NCBI GenBank assembly: GCA_050506795.1
Contig: JBJHCF010000048.1
Coordinates: 1-36,088, forward strand
Length of the DNA: 36,088 nucleotides
From: Opitutia bacterium
GTDB lineage: Bacteria; Verrucomicrobiota; Verrucomicrobiia; Opitutales; T3Sed10-336
Direction of reading: 5' to 3'
A model generated the notes under the pieces. It did no database searches and was not told where the DNA came from. It worked only from the letters and a program-made list of their open reading frames with translations. This document shows, piece after piece, positions 1 to 9,512 of this stretch (position 1 is the first letter of the stretch; every line of letters begins with the position of its first letter). A program made the translations under genes and the position numbers.

Positions 1-60
1 CAGCGGGAGCATGGCCCTCCAGAGGAACAGCCGATGCGATTCGGTTGATTCGCCCGCGCC

Positions 61-1140
61 TTACCTGGCGACCGTTGCGGTCGTGGTCGGCTCCGCGACG
101 GCCGGGCCTTCGCAGTTTGGCCGGGCGATGACGCCGGGATGGGGTTCGTCGGCGAAGGGCGCGTTCGGTGCTTTCAGGAGATGCCGGTCGCAAACGGCAA
201 AAAGTTCGCTTTCGGTTTGTGTGCGCCGCATGTCGTGCAGGAAAGCCCCTTCCGGGTCGACACTTTGGCCGATAAAGTTGAGGTACTTTTTCATCTTGCT
301 CACGTGCGCCCGCTCGGGGCACTCGCCGGTGCGGGTGGCGCGGTATAGCCGGTCGATGTATTCGCGCGCGTCGGCCAATGTTGGGCGGAATACGGGCCGA
401 TGAGCGTAGGCTTCGCGGATCTGGCGAAAGATCCACGGATTGCGGATGGCGTGGCGCCCGACCATTAATCCTCGGCATCCGGTGGCGGCGGTGACGGCAA
501 CGGCGCGTTCGGATGAGATGATGTTGCCGTTGGCCAGAACCGGACAGGAGAGATCCCGGACCGCCTGGGTGACGAATTCGTAATGCGCTTCGCCCCGGTA
601 GCCCTGTTTTACCGTTCGCGCGTGCAAACTGAGCAGATCCACGCTGTGGCGATCGATCTGCTCGAGGATGGCGGCGAAGTTATCGGTAGTTTCAAATCCG
701 ATACGCATCTTGACGGTGAACCGTCCGGAAATCACCTCGCGCAGGGCGCCCAGCACCTGGTCAATCCTGGTCACGTCGCGCAAAAGGCCGCCACCGCAAT
801 TCTTCTTGTAGATCTTGGGTGCGGGGCAACCCATGTTCAGGTCGATGCCCGCCACCGGGTACTCCGCCAGAAGTTTGGCCGTTCGCACCAGGTCCGGAAC
901 GGACTCGCCGATCATTTGCGCGAAGACCGGCCGGCCGGTGTCGTTTTCAACTATGGAGCGGAGTATGTGGCGTTCCAGTCGCGAATGCGCGTGGACCCGA
1001 AAATACTCGGTGAAATAATAGTCGGGATCGCCGTAGTGATGGATCACCCGCATGAAGGGGAGATCCGTCACATCCTGCATCGGGGCCAACGCGGTCAGCG
1101 GTTGGTCCGATGTAATTGTCGACGGTAGCGGGCGTCTCAA
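61..1140 (-). CDS. tRNA-dihydrouridine synthase (Dus family)
   Basis: LAPM N-terminal motif, IDLNMGCP catalytic Cys motif, TVKMRIG, LHART, ANGNI, MVGR..IRNPWIF; start overlaps the DUF151 stop. Confidence 0.93.
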   Translation of the reverse strand: MRRPLPSTITSDQPLTALAPMQDVTDLPFMRVIHHYGDPDYYFTEYFRVHAHSRLERHILRSIVENDTGRPVFAQMIGESVPDLVRTAKLLAEYPVAGIDLNMGCPAPKIYKKNCGGGLLRDVTRIDQVLGALREVISGRFTVKMRIGFETTDNFAAILEQIDRHSVDLLSLHARTVKQGYRGEAHYEFVTQAVRDLSCPVLANGNIISSERAVAVTAATGCRGLMVGRHAIRNPWIFRQIREAYAHRPVFRPTLADAREYIDRLYRATRTGECPERAHVSKMKKYLNFIGQSVDPEGAFLHDMRRTQTESELFAVCDRHLLKAPNAPFADEPHPGVIARPNCEGPAVAEPTTTATVAR

Positions 1141-1595
1141 TCGTCCTGATCCTCGTTTTGCTGATTGAGAATGCGCTCCAGGATTTCCGTCATATCGTCC
1201 ATATTGTCGAATACGGAGTGGGCGACATGGATCGGCTTTTTTTGCTGAAGCGCCAGCACGATCGAATCGCTGGGACGGGCGTCGAGCTCGACGATCTTCG
1301 ATTCGATTTCGTTTTTCATTTCCAGAATGATCCGGGCATAAAAAGTGCCTTCGCTCACATCGTTGATGACCACCCGCTTCAGGTCCACACCCAGGCCGAG
1401 GAACATGCTGCCGATCAGATCGTGGGTCAGGGGGCGGTCTTTTTTGACCCCGTTGATGGTCATGGAGATCGCCGTGCCGATACCGGGATCAACGTAGATG
1501 ACAAAAGTCTTCTCATCGTTGCCCAGAAAGATGGCGCACCCGTTGGAAGTCGGCATGACTCCCTTGATGGTGACCTCGGTGACGTCGTTCTGCAT
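1137..1595 (-). CDS. Bifunctional nuclease family protein (DUF151)
   Basis: RPLTHDL, GTFYARI and DARPSDSIVLAL motifs. Confidence 0.92.
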   Translation of the reverse strand: MQNDVTEVTIKGVMPTSNGCAIFLGNDEKTFVIYVDPGIGTAISMTINGVKKDRPLTHDLIGSMFLGLGVDLKRVVINDVSEGTFYARIILEMKNEIESKIVELDARPSDSIVLALQQKKPIHVAHSVFDNMDDMTEILERILNQQNEDQDD

Positions 1596-1690
1596 ATGGG
1601 TAATTTATGGTTGGGTACCGCGGTTGCGCAAGCGTGATCGGTGATCGGATAAACCCTTGTCTATTTGTCTCGGGTGTAAAATCTGGAGGT

Positions 1691-3874
1691 ATGGAAGCGA
1701 TCTGTGGCATTTGGGTTTCGCCGGAGGGAAAGGTCTGGCTCGCGTCCCGTTCTCCGGAAGGGGAACGTACGGAGGGTTCGGTTCCCTTTGTCCCGTTTCT
1801 CTGGTGCCGCGAGAAACCGGTCCTGGCGGAGCAGGGCGGTGTCGAGGTGAAAACGCTTTCCGGACCGGGGCGGTTTCGTCATTTACTGACCTTCAGCGAT
1901 CCGGCGCTTTGGCGGGAAAACCAGGCCGCGTTGCTCCGGGACAAATCGGTCGATACCCTCCGGTCGGCCGAAAGCCAGCACCTGCTGCGTCAGCGTCAGC
2001 GTTTGTTCGAAGGCATGAGTTTTCCGGATCTCCGGCGTTGCCAGGTGGATATCGAAACCGGTTGCTCGGTGAAAAACGGGTTCAGCGATGCCCGCCGGGC
2101 CGGGGACCGGGTGCTGGCCATCGGATTGCGCCTGGATGACCAAACCCGGTTCCTGGAACTCGAAAGCGATAGTGACGAAGCGGAAAAGAAGTTGCTTGCG
2201 GCCTTTGCCGATTTTCTCCGGGAGGCCGATCCGGATACCCTGGAGGGGCACAACCTTTTTAAGTTCGATCTGGATTACCTGCGTTTGCGATGCAAGCGTC
2301 ACAAACTTCCCTGCGCCTGGGGGCGTTTCGGACAGGAGGCGGTTTTCCGGGCCAGCCGGTTGAAGGCCGCCGAGCGTTGGATCGATTTTCCACGCTGCGA
2401 TATCCCCGGTCGTACCGTAATCGATACCTACCTCATGGTCCTGCTCTACGACGTCACCACCCGCGACTTGCCGGGTTACGGGTTGAAGGATGTGGCGGTG
2501 CATCTGGGAATCACGTCCGAAGGGGGCGCCGAGCGCACCTACATCGAAGGAAGTCAGATCGCCCGGATGTTTATCGAGGACCGGGAAAGGTTTCGGCGGT
2601 ACCTGAAGGACGACTTGCGGGAAACCGCGGGCATTGCCGATCTGCTGCTGCCCACCTATTTCGCGCAGGCGGGCAATTTCCCCATGACCCTGCAGGAGAT
2701 TGTGCTGCGCGGGTCCAGCTGGAAGATTGATTTGCTGTTGATGGAGGAATACTTCCATGCCGGGGAGGCTTTGCCGGAAGGCGCGGAGGTCCAAAGTTAC
2801 GAAGGAGGATTTACCCGCAGTTTTGAGTCGGGGGTCTTCCGGCAGGTGTTGCATTTCGATGTGGCCTCGCTGTATCCCAGCCTGCTTCTTGCCATGGACC
2901 GGAATCCCGCGGCCGATTCTTTGGGGGTGTTTATTCCCTTGTTGCGGCAGTTGAAGGAGTACCGGTTGAAATACAAGACTCTCGCCCGCGAGGAGCCCTC
3001 GGAGGAGCGCCGGCGCGAGTACTCCGCGCGGCAGGCGGCCTACAAGATCATTATCAACTCATTCTATGGCTACCTCGGATTCGGCAACGCGCGCTTTGCC
3101 GATGGCGACCTCGCGGCGGAGGTCACCGCGCGCGGGCGGGAACTCCTGCAGCGTTTGATTGAACGGTTTCAGGAACTCGGATGCACCGTGCTGGAGGCGG
3201 ACACGGATGGCATTTACCTGGCGTCGCCGGAACACTTCGACCACCCCGATACTCTGTTGGAGGCCGTCCAACCGGTGCTGCCGGAGGGAATCGACCTGGA
3301 ATTCGACGGCGCTTTCGAGTCCATGTTGTGCTACAAGTCCAAGAACTACGCGCTTTACGATGGGAGCAAAATCACCATTCGCGGGTCGGCTCTCCGGTCG
3401 CGGGGGATCGAACCTTACCTCAAGGACCTCACCGACACCTTGATCCGTTATCTGCTTGGAGTTGAGGCCGAGTCGCCCACAACCAAAGCGGAGTCCTACC
3501 GTCAACGTATCCAGGCCGGAGAAGCCGCCATTGAGGAAATCTCCCGCTCGGAAGTTCTCAGTCAGAATCCCGAAACCTATCAGAAGGCGCTGGAAGGCGC
3601 CAAACGCAAGCCCCGGCGCGCTTCGATGGAGGCGGCGTTGCGGATGGAAAAGGTACCGCGTTCCGGTGACCGGGTGACCTATTACATCGTCCCGGGAGAA
3701 AAGAAACGACAACCCGATTGGCAACGCGCCCGTCCGGTCGAATCCTATGACCCGAAAACAGCCCCCTACGACCCGGAATACTACACCCGAAAAATCGACG
3801 AATGGCTGAAACGCTACGCCGAGTTCCTGGAGAACGATCAGAGTGGTACACCCCGGCAGGAAGAGCTCTGGTGA
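1691..3874 (+). CDS. Family B DNA polymerase with 3'-5' exonuclease domain
   Basis: ExoI DIET, ExoII HNLFKFDLDYL, ExoIII YLKDD; polymerase motifs DVASLYPS, KIIINSFYG, ADTDG. Start placed at ATG 1691 (ORF open from 1607). Confidence 0.9.
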   Translation: MEAICGIWVSPEGKVWLASRSPEGERTEGSVPFVPFLWCREKPVLAEQGGVEVKTLSGPGRFRHLLTFSDPALWRENQAALLRDKSVDTLRSAESQHLLRQRQRLFEGMSFPDLRRCQVDIETGCSVKNGFSDARRAGDRVLAIGLRLDDQTRFLELESDSDEAEKKLLAAFADFLREADPDTLEGHNLFKFDLDYLRLRCKRHKLPCAWGRFGQEAVFRASRLKAAERWIDFPRCDIPGRTVIDTYLMVLLYDVTTRDLPGYGLKDVAVHLGITSEGGAERTYIEGSQIARMFIEDRERFRRYLKDDLRETAGIADLLLPTYFAQAGNFPMTLQEIVLRGSSWKIDLLLMEEYFHAGEALPEGAEVQSYEGGFTRSFESGVFRQVLHFDVASLYPSLLLAMDRNPAADSLGVFIPLLRQLKEYRLKYKTLAREEPSEERRREYSARQAAYKIIINSFYGYLGFGNARFADGDLAAEVTARGRELLQRLIERFQELGCTVLEADTDGIYLASPEHFDHPDTLLEAVQPVLPEGIDLEFDGAFESMLCYKSKNYALYDGSKITIRGSALRSRGIEPYLKDLTDTLIRYLLGVEAESPTTKAESYRQRIQAGEAAIEEISRSEVLSQNPETYQKALEGAKRKPRRASMEAALRMEKVPRSGDRVTYYIVPGEKKRQPDWQRARPVESYDPKTAPYDPEYYTRKIDEWLKRYAEFLENDQSGTPRQEELW

Positions 3875-3939
3875 GAGCGAACCTGTAGGATCGGAAACCG
3901 GATTGCAGGCGGCTTCAGTACCCGCCGGAAAAATCGGGA

Positions 3940-4575
3940 TTACCCGCCTTCGGTCATCGCCTCGGCGATGGCCCGGGAGAAGGGCGCGAGGTCTTCGGGC
4001 AGGCGTGAGGTGATCAGATTGCCGTCACGGACCAAAGGCTGGTCGATGTAACGGGCGCCGGCCTCTTCCAACTCGCGGCTCATTCCGCTGAAGCAGGTGG
4101 CTTCCAGCCCCTCCATAACCCCGGCGGTCACCAGGAGCTGCGGGCCGTGGCAGATTGCGGCCACCGGCCGGCCGGTTTTAAAGAAGGCCGCTGTAAAGCG
4201 GACCAGATCCTCGTCCTGACGCAGGTTTCCGGGGGAGCCGCCGCCAGGAATGACCAAGGCATCGAAGGAGTCGATCTGCAACTCGGCAACCGTCGTTTCC
4301 ACCTCGATGGTGGCGTCGCTGTTGTAGGCCCCCACCGTTCCCGGAGCGAGCCCGGCGACCGTGATCGAAGCGCCTTGCGCGGCCAGGTAGCCCATGGGGA
4401 AAAACGTCTCTGCATCCTGGAAACGGTCGGCCACAAGAAACAGGACATGTTTGCCGGCGAGAGGTTTGTGGGAGCTTTCGGCACCGAAGGCGGTGGCGCC
4501 GCCGATCATCAGAACCAGAACCGTCGGCAGGATCAGAAGGGTGCGAATGGGCGAAAGGAGGGATGGTGCTTTCAT
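3940..4575 (-). CDS. DJ-1/PfpI family (type 1 glutamine amidotransferase-like) protein with signal-peptide-like N-terminus
   Basis: DALVIPGG, AAICHGP nucleophile elbow, DGNLITSR.PEDL; start placed at ATG 4575 (MKAPSLL...hydrophobic...AFGA). Confidence 0.88.
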   Translation of the reverse strand: MKAPSLLSPIRTLLILPTVLVLMIGGATAFGAESSHKPLAGKHVLFLVADRFQDAETFFPMGYLAAQGASITVAGLAPGTVGAYNSDATIEVETTVAELQIDSFDALVIPGGGSPGNLRQDEDLVRFTAAFFKTGRPVAAICHGPQLLVTAGVMEGLEATCFSGMSRELEEAGARYIDQPLVRDGNLITSRLPEDLAPFSRAIAEAMTEGG

Positions 4576-4765
4576 GGCTGATTTTACGGTGGAATTTATA
4601 ATAGAAGTGTGGGGAATTGTATCCGCAATTCCCGGTCCTGCCAGTCCCGAAGGTCGAATAAAAACTTCATGAATGGCGGAGATAAGCGGGACTTTTGTTG
4701 TCCCGGGGGTCACGTCCCGCGAGGCAGGCACACCGGTACGTTCGTGCGGTGAATCCTTGCGCGGA

Positions 4766-4800
4766 CAAAAAAGCCCTCCGAATCGCTTCGGAGGGCTTTG
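4766..4800 (-). terminator. Rho-independent terminator after the lipoprotein gene
   Basis: 13-bp stem AAAGCCCTCCGAA/TTCGGAGGGCTTT with 4-nt loop, followed by a T run on the minus strand, about 20 bp after the stop at 4822. Confidence 0.8.
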
Positions 4801-4821
4801 CAAAAGGCGGATTAATTCGGC

Positions 4822-5727
4822 TTAGCGGCCGGTGACGGTCACCGGAATGCGAACTTCGTCGTAGCCGGGTTTCTGAATGAAGAGGGAACCACGTCCGGGC
4901 CGGCTGGCTTCCACGGAAACATTCACCGAGCGGGACCCGCCCGGGATGATGACCTCCGGCATAACGATGCTTTCGGGGATGTCCGTGAGCACGTCGATGT
5001 AGAGGCCGCCCGGAGGCGCTTCGGTTGGAATGGTGAACACCAAGGTGGTACGGTCGCCGGTGGTGAAGGAAACCTGGTCCGGCGAAACCCGAATGGTGCC
5101 GGCGTCGATTCGCAGCGACCCAACGTTCATGGTGCCCTCGGCATCGACCAGCTGGACGTTGTAATTCCGGCTGTGGGGCAGGGAGGGAACGAAGAATTCG
5201 AGAGAATTGGAGGAGTGGAATATGGTTTCCGCTTCCTCACCACCGACAATGACGCGGTCGTTGCGGCTGAATCCGCGGCCGACCAACCCGACCCGGCTTC
5301 CCGCCGGAGCGCGCTCGACGTCGAGCGAAAGCGCGTAGCGATCGGTCAATCGCATGTGTTGAACATCGGTGATTTCCTGGCGTTCGGTGGTCACTTGGTT
5401 CTTCTCCAATTGATAATCCACCTGGAAATAATATCTGGCTTCGCGGCGGTTGGCCGGAAGACGATACTCGTATTCAAAGACGTTTGGAGTGGTGGCGCTG
5501 GGGGACATGGGGAAGATTTGTCCGTCGATGACGATGTAGGCGCGGATGCTGCCCTCGACCACCCTGCTGCCGGTCGGCTCGATCAAAACCGAAATGTCGT
5601 AATGGCCGGAAGGGTTTTCGTTTACCGTTTCCGGAGTCAGGTTGGTGATGCGCAGGTCGCAACCGGCAAGGAGTAGGCTGGCGAACAATGCGGAGAGGCC
5701 GAGTTTCAATTTGGTAGCATTCATCAT
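4822..5727 (-). CDS. Cell-surface lipoprotein with IPT/TIG-like beta domains
   Basis: Lipobox LLLAGC; beta-rich body with G.RV.LVGRGF..NDRVIVGG..SSNSLEFFVP IPT/TIG-like segment. Confidence 0.7.
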   Translation of the reverse strand: MMNATKLKLGLSALFASLLLAGCDLRITNLTPETVNENPSGHYDISVLIEPTGSRVVEGSIRAYIVIDGQIFPMSPSATTPNVFEYEYRLPANRREARYYFQVDYQLEKNQVTTERQEITDVQHMRLTDRYALSLDVERAPAGSRVGLVGRGFSRNDRVIVGGEEAETIFHSSNSLEFFVPSLPHSRNYNVQLVDAEGTMNVGSLRIDAGTIRVSPDQVSFTTGDRTTLVFTIPTEAPPGGLYIDVLTDIPESIVMPEVIIPGGSRSVNVSVEASRPGRGSLFIQKPGYDEVRIPVTVTGR

Positions 5728-5865
5728 GATAAAGGGAAAAAGTATTGTTAAAAACTGGTTCTATAGCGCCGTCGGGCGATTCGTCACAACGAAAATAAGC
5801 TCAATCACGGGTGAGTTGACGTATTTACGAAACCTTTAACGTTTTGCCCCAGCGGGTAAAGAAAA

Positions 5866-7059
5866 TTAATACCGCGGCATTGTCGGATCACATTTGCGAG
5901 CCCAGGCATCGATGCCGCCCTGCAGGTTGCAGGCATGGGGGAACCCGCGGTCCCGCAGGAATTTGACAACGTGCAGACTCCGCATGCCGTGATGGCAGTA
6001 AACCAGGATCGGTTTGTCTCCGGGGAGCGCGGTGGTCCGGGCGGAAATTTGTCCCATCGGGATAGGAATAGCGCCCGGAAGGCGACAGATGTCGGTTTCG
6101 TAGGGTTCGCGCACGTCCAAAACAAAGAGGTTTTCGGGCGCCTGCCGCAGACGTTCCCGTGCTTCCTCCACCGAGAGTTCCAGGGGAACGGCTGACGCGT
6201 CGGACGGTGTTTGCCCGGCTGCCTCTTCAGCGGAACAGGTGAAATTATAGCGCTCCGCTCGAATATCGGTGATGCGGGGATCGTCGCCGCAGAGCGGGCA
6301 GGAGGGGTCTTTTTTCAGATTGATGACCCTGCTGTTCATCCCCAGTGCCTCAAAGACGAAAAGACGTCCGAGCAGGGGGTTGCCGATTCCCAGCAGAAAC
6401 TTGATGGCTTCCATCGCCTGCATGCTGCCAATCACTCCCGGCAGTGCCCCGAAAACCCCGGCTTCGGCGCAGTTGGGAATCCTGCCTGGTTCCGGGGGGT
6501 TGGGAAACAGGCAGCGGTAGCAGGGGGAGCCGTGAGCAGAATGAAAGACCGAGACCTGGCCCTCAAAGCGAAAGATGCTGCCGTATACCAGGGGTTTCGC
6601 GGCGAAAAAGGCGCTGTCGTTGTTGAGGTAGCGGGTGGGGAAGTTGTCGGAACCGTCGACGATCAAATCGTATTGGGAAAAGAGGTTGGCGCTGTTTTCC
6701 GCGGAAACGCCCTCACCGTGTGACCGCACGTGAACGTGCGGGTTGAGGTCGGAAAGGCGGCGGCGGGCCGACTCCACCTTGGGCGTGCCGATTTCGGCGG
6801 TGCCATGCAGGATCTGGCGTTGCAGGTTATGTTCCTCCACCCGATCGAAATCGACCAGTCCGAGCTCGCCCACACCGGCCGCCGTCAGGTAGAGAGCGGC
6901 CGGACTGCCGAGCCCTCCGGCGCCGACGATCAGGACTTTCGACCCCCTCAGCCGCTCCTGGCCTTCCCGGCCGACTTCGGGCAGGACGATATGCCGGCTG
7001 TAGCGGGCTAGCTCTCCGGCTTTGAGGGAGGATTGGACGGTTGTGGCGGTGGTGGACAT
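5866..7059 (-). CDS. moeB: MoeB/ThiF adenylyltransferase fused to C-terminal rhodanese (MoeZ/MoeBR type)
   Basis: RYSRHI, GAGGLG, NLQRQ, DGSDNFPTRY, CYRC and CPLC Zn motifs, rhodanese YCHHGMRS and GGIDAW; start placed at ATG 7059. Confidence 0.92.
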   Translation of the reverse strand: MSTTATTVQSSLKAGELARYSRHIVLPEVGREGQERLRGSKVLIVGAGGLGSPAALYLTAAGVGELGLVDFDRVEEHNLQRQILHGTAEIGTPKVESARRRLSDLNPHVHVRSHGEGVSAENSANLFSQYDLIVDGSDNFPTRYLNNDSAFFAAKPLVYGSIFRFEGQVSVFHSAHGSPCYRCLFPNPPEPGRIPNCAEAGVFGALPGVIGSMQAMEAIKFLLGIGNPLLGRLFVFEALGMNSRVINLKKDPSCPLCGDDPRITDIRAERYNFTCSAEEAAGQTPSDASAVPLELSVEEARERLRQAPENLFVLDVREPYETDICRLPGAIPIPMGQISARTTALPGDKPILVYCHHGMRSLHVVKFLRDRGFPHACNLQGGIDAWARKCDPTMPRY

Positions 7060-7182
7060 GACGAGTACTTCGTCAATGAAGTCATGCGGTGGCGATCTGT
7101 CAAAGTTTGGCTGCGGCGGCCGTTCGGTCCAGTCGCCGCTTGACCTCTCCGGACGTCGGGGAAGAATCGGGGTCTTTTTTAC

Positions 7183-7941
7183 ATGGACGACATGGCATTG
7201 TGGCAGTGGGGCGCACTGGTTTTTGGAGCCGGGCTTATCGGTTTGTCCAAGACGGGCATCGCCGGAGTGAGCATCCTTTTTGTCGCCCTGTTCGCCCTGG
7301 TTCTGCCGGCCAAACAATCGGTCGGGGTGGTGTTGCCCCTGTTGATCTGCGGCGATGTCGTCGCCTTGCTGCTCTACCGGAGGCACGCCCGCTGGGTGCA
7401 TTTGTTCCGGCTGTTTCCCCTCGCGGCCGTCGGGGTGGTGGCGGGTTACCTGACGATGGAGCAGGCCGGAGATGTGACGATTGCCCGAATTATCGGGGTG
7501 ATCCTGCTGGGGCTTTGCTCCTATCAGCTGTGGCGCCGTTACCGCGCGTCAAGCGGGGTCGAACCGGAACCGGACCCCCGCCGGCTACCGGCCTGGTATC
7601 CCGGATTCATGGGCGCGTTGGCCGGCTTCACCACCATGGTCTCCAATGCGGCCGGCCCCATCATGATTCTTTACCTCTTGTCTATGAAACTGCCGAAAAA
7701 GGAGTTTCTGGGAACCGGCGCGGTGTTTTTCCTCTGCTTGAACCTGTTCAAGGTTCCATTCGGGGTAAATCTGGGAATCATCAATTTCGATTCCTTGGAA
7801 CTGAACCTGTATCTCCTGCCCGCCGTGCTGGCCGGTGCGGCCCTGGGCCGGATAATAATCGGGCGGATTTCGCAGTCGGCTTTTGAAAACCTCGCCCTGT
7901 TTTTTACCGCCGCCGGGGCGCTTCGTTTGTTACTCTCCTGA
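7183..7941 (+). CDS. Sulfite exporter TauE/SafE family membrane protein
   Basis: About 8 hydrophobic segments; GLSKTG and GFTTMVSNAAGP motifs. Confidence 0.85.
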   Translation: MDDMALWQWGALVFGAGLIGLSKTGIAGVSILFVALFALVLPAKQSVGVVLPLLICGDVVALLLYRRHARWVHLFRLFPLAAVGVVAGYLTMEQAGDVTIARIIGVILLGLCSYQLWRRYRASSGVEPEPDPRRLPAWYPGFMGALAGFTTMVSNAAGPIMILYLLSMKLPKKEFLGTGAVFFLCLNLFKVPFGVNLGIINFDSLELNLYLLPAVLAGAALGRIIIGRISQSAFENLALFFTAAGALRLLLS

Positions 7942-8009
7942 TCGCATGCGGGATGAGCCGGGCCGGCGCCGCCGCTGTCCCGGCCCGGAGTCGGGTATCG
8001 GGATAGCTT

Positions 8010-9464
8010 CTAGAAGCGGCGGCGGAGTTTGGCGGGAAGGATGCCGACGCTTTCACGGTATTTGGCGACGGTTCGGCGGGCGACGTTGATATTGCGCTCT
8101 TTCAAGATGTTGGAGATTTCCTGATCGCTGAGCGGTTTGCGCGGGGATTCCTCTTCAATGAGGTGTGCGATGATTTCCTTGATGCTTTTGTTGGAAACCT
8201 CGCTGCCGTCGTCCGACTTGTAGCCGGGGGTAAAGAAGTACTTGAATTCGAACGTGCCGTGCGGAGTTTTGACGTACTTGTTGGCGATGGCCCGGCTGAC
8301 GGTGGTTTCGTGCACGCCGACCGCTTTGGCGATCTCGGTCATGGTGAGGGGTTTCAATCGGGAGACGCCCTCGCGGAAAAAGTCCTTTTGCACCGTCACG
8401 ATCTCCCGCGCGATTCGTTCGATGGTTTGCTGGCGTTGTTCGATGGAACTGATCAGAAATTTTCCGTTACGCAGCTTTTCCCGGATGTATTCCTTTTCCT
8501 GGCGAGTCAGATTGCCGCTGGCGATCAGGTTCTTGTAGGTGTTGGAGATGCGTACCTGCGGGATATAGTCGTTGTTCATTTCCACCACGAAGTCGTCGCC
8601 ATCCGGATGGACGATCACATCCGGCGCCACGGTCCGGTTGGTGTCTTCGCTGAAACGCCGGGCGGGGGCGGGGTCGAGTGTCGCGATTACCTGAATGGCG
8701 TCCTGCACGGTCTCCACTCCGGCGGAAACCTTGCGGGAGATCTCGGGGATCCGGCGGCGCATCAGGAGGTCGAAGTGATCGCGGATGATGGTGGCGGCCA
8801 GGGAATGTTCCTCACCCCGCAGCTTCAATTGATGGAGCAGACACTCCTGCAGGTTTTGGCAACCGATGCCGGGTGGATCGAAGGTTTTCAGAAGTTCCGC
8901 GGCCCGTTGCAGCCGGTCCAGCGGAATATTGGAAAAGGCCGCCAGGTCCTGGAGCGATGAATTCAGAAAGCCCCGGTCGTCCAGGCTGCCGATCAGGTAG
9001 CGCATGGCTTCCAGATCGTCCTCCGTGCAGTCGGCCAGTACGGCCTGCTCCATGAGGTGTTCCTGCAGGGAGGTTTCGCTGACCAGAGAATCGAACAGGT
9101 GTTGCCTCCTTTCGGCATCTTCAGCGGTGTGAGGCCCGCGGGCCAACCGGTTGTAATAGGGATCGCGAGCATCCTCGGCGAGTTCATGCAAGAGCGCGAA
9201 ATCGGAGTCGAATTCGCCGTTGTCCCCCAGGTCTTCGCCGGTGCCGTCTCCCGCTTCAACCGGCGCCACGCTCTCCTCGAGGTTTTCGGAGACCATCGGC
9301 AGTTCCTCCAGCAGGGGATTGTTTTGAATCTCCTCCCGAATGGTGGTTTGGAGGTCCAGCGCCGGGACTTGCAGAATTTTCAAGGACTGGCGGAGTTGAG
9401 GGGCCAGAATCTGCTGCTGCGACTGTTTTTGTACCTGCTGTAAGCCTTGCCACGCCTGGGCCAT
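8010..9464 (-). CDS. rpoN: RNA polymerase sigma-54 factor
   Basis: Gln-rich region I, HETTVSRA HTH, RpoN box ARRTVAKYRE. Confidence 0.97.
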   Translation of the reverse strand: MAQAWQGLQQVQKQSQQQILAPQLRQSLKILQVPALDLQTTIREEIQNNPLLEELPMVSENLEESVAPVEAGDGTGEDLGDNGEFDSDFALLHELAEDARDPYYNRLARGPHTAEDAERRQHLFDSLVSETSLQEHLMEQAVLADCTEDDLEAMRYLIGSLDDRGFLNSSLQDLAAFSNIPLDRLQRAAELLKTFDPPGIGCQNLQECLLHQLKLRGEEHSLAATIIRDHFDLLMRRRIPEISRKVSAGVETVQDAIQVIATLDPAPARRFSEDTNRTVAPDVIVHPDGDDFVVEMNNDYIPQVRISNTYKNLIASGNLTRQEKEYIREKLRNGKFLISSIEQRQQTIERIAREIVTVQKDFFREGVSRLKPLTMTEIAKAVGVHETTVSRAIANKYVKTPHGTFEFKYFFTPGYKSDDGSEVSNKSIKEIIAHLIEEESPRKPLSDQEISNILKERNINVARRTVAKYRESVGILPAKLRRRF

Positions 9465-9512
9465 AAAAGTGCCGTTATTTTCGAAAAAGTGAAAAAGTCT
9501 CGATCTTCCGGA

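Noticed and set aside
7060..7401. N-terminal extension of the MoeB ORF (similarly for PfpI, kinase, nusA and ribF)
   Set aside because: Extensions overlap neighbouring genes, promoters or terminators and lack family similarity; downstream starts were chosen
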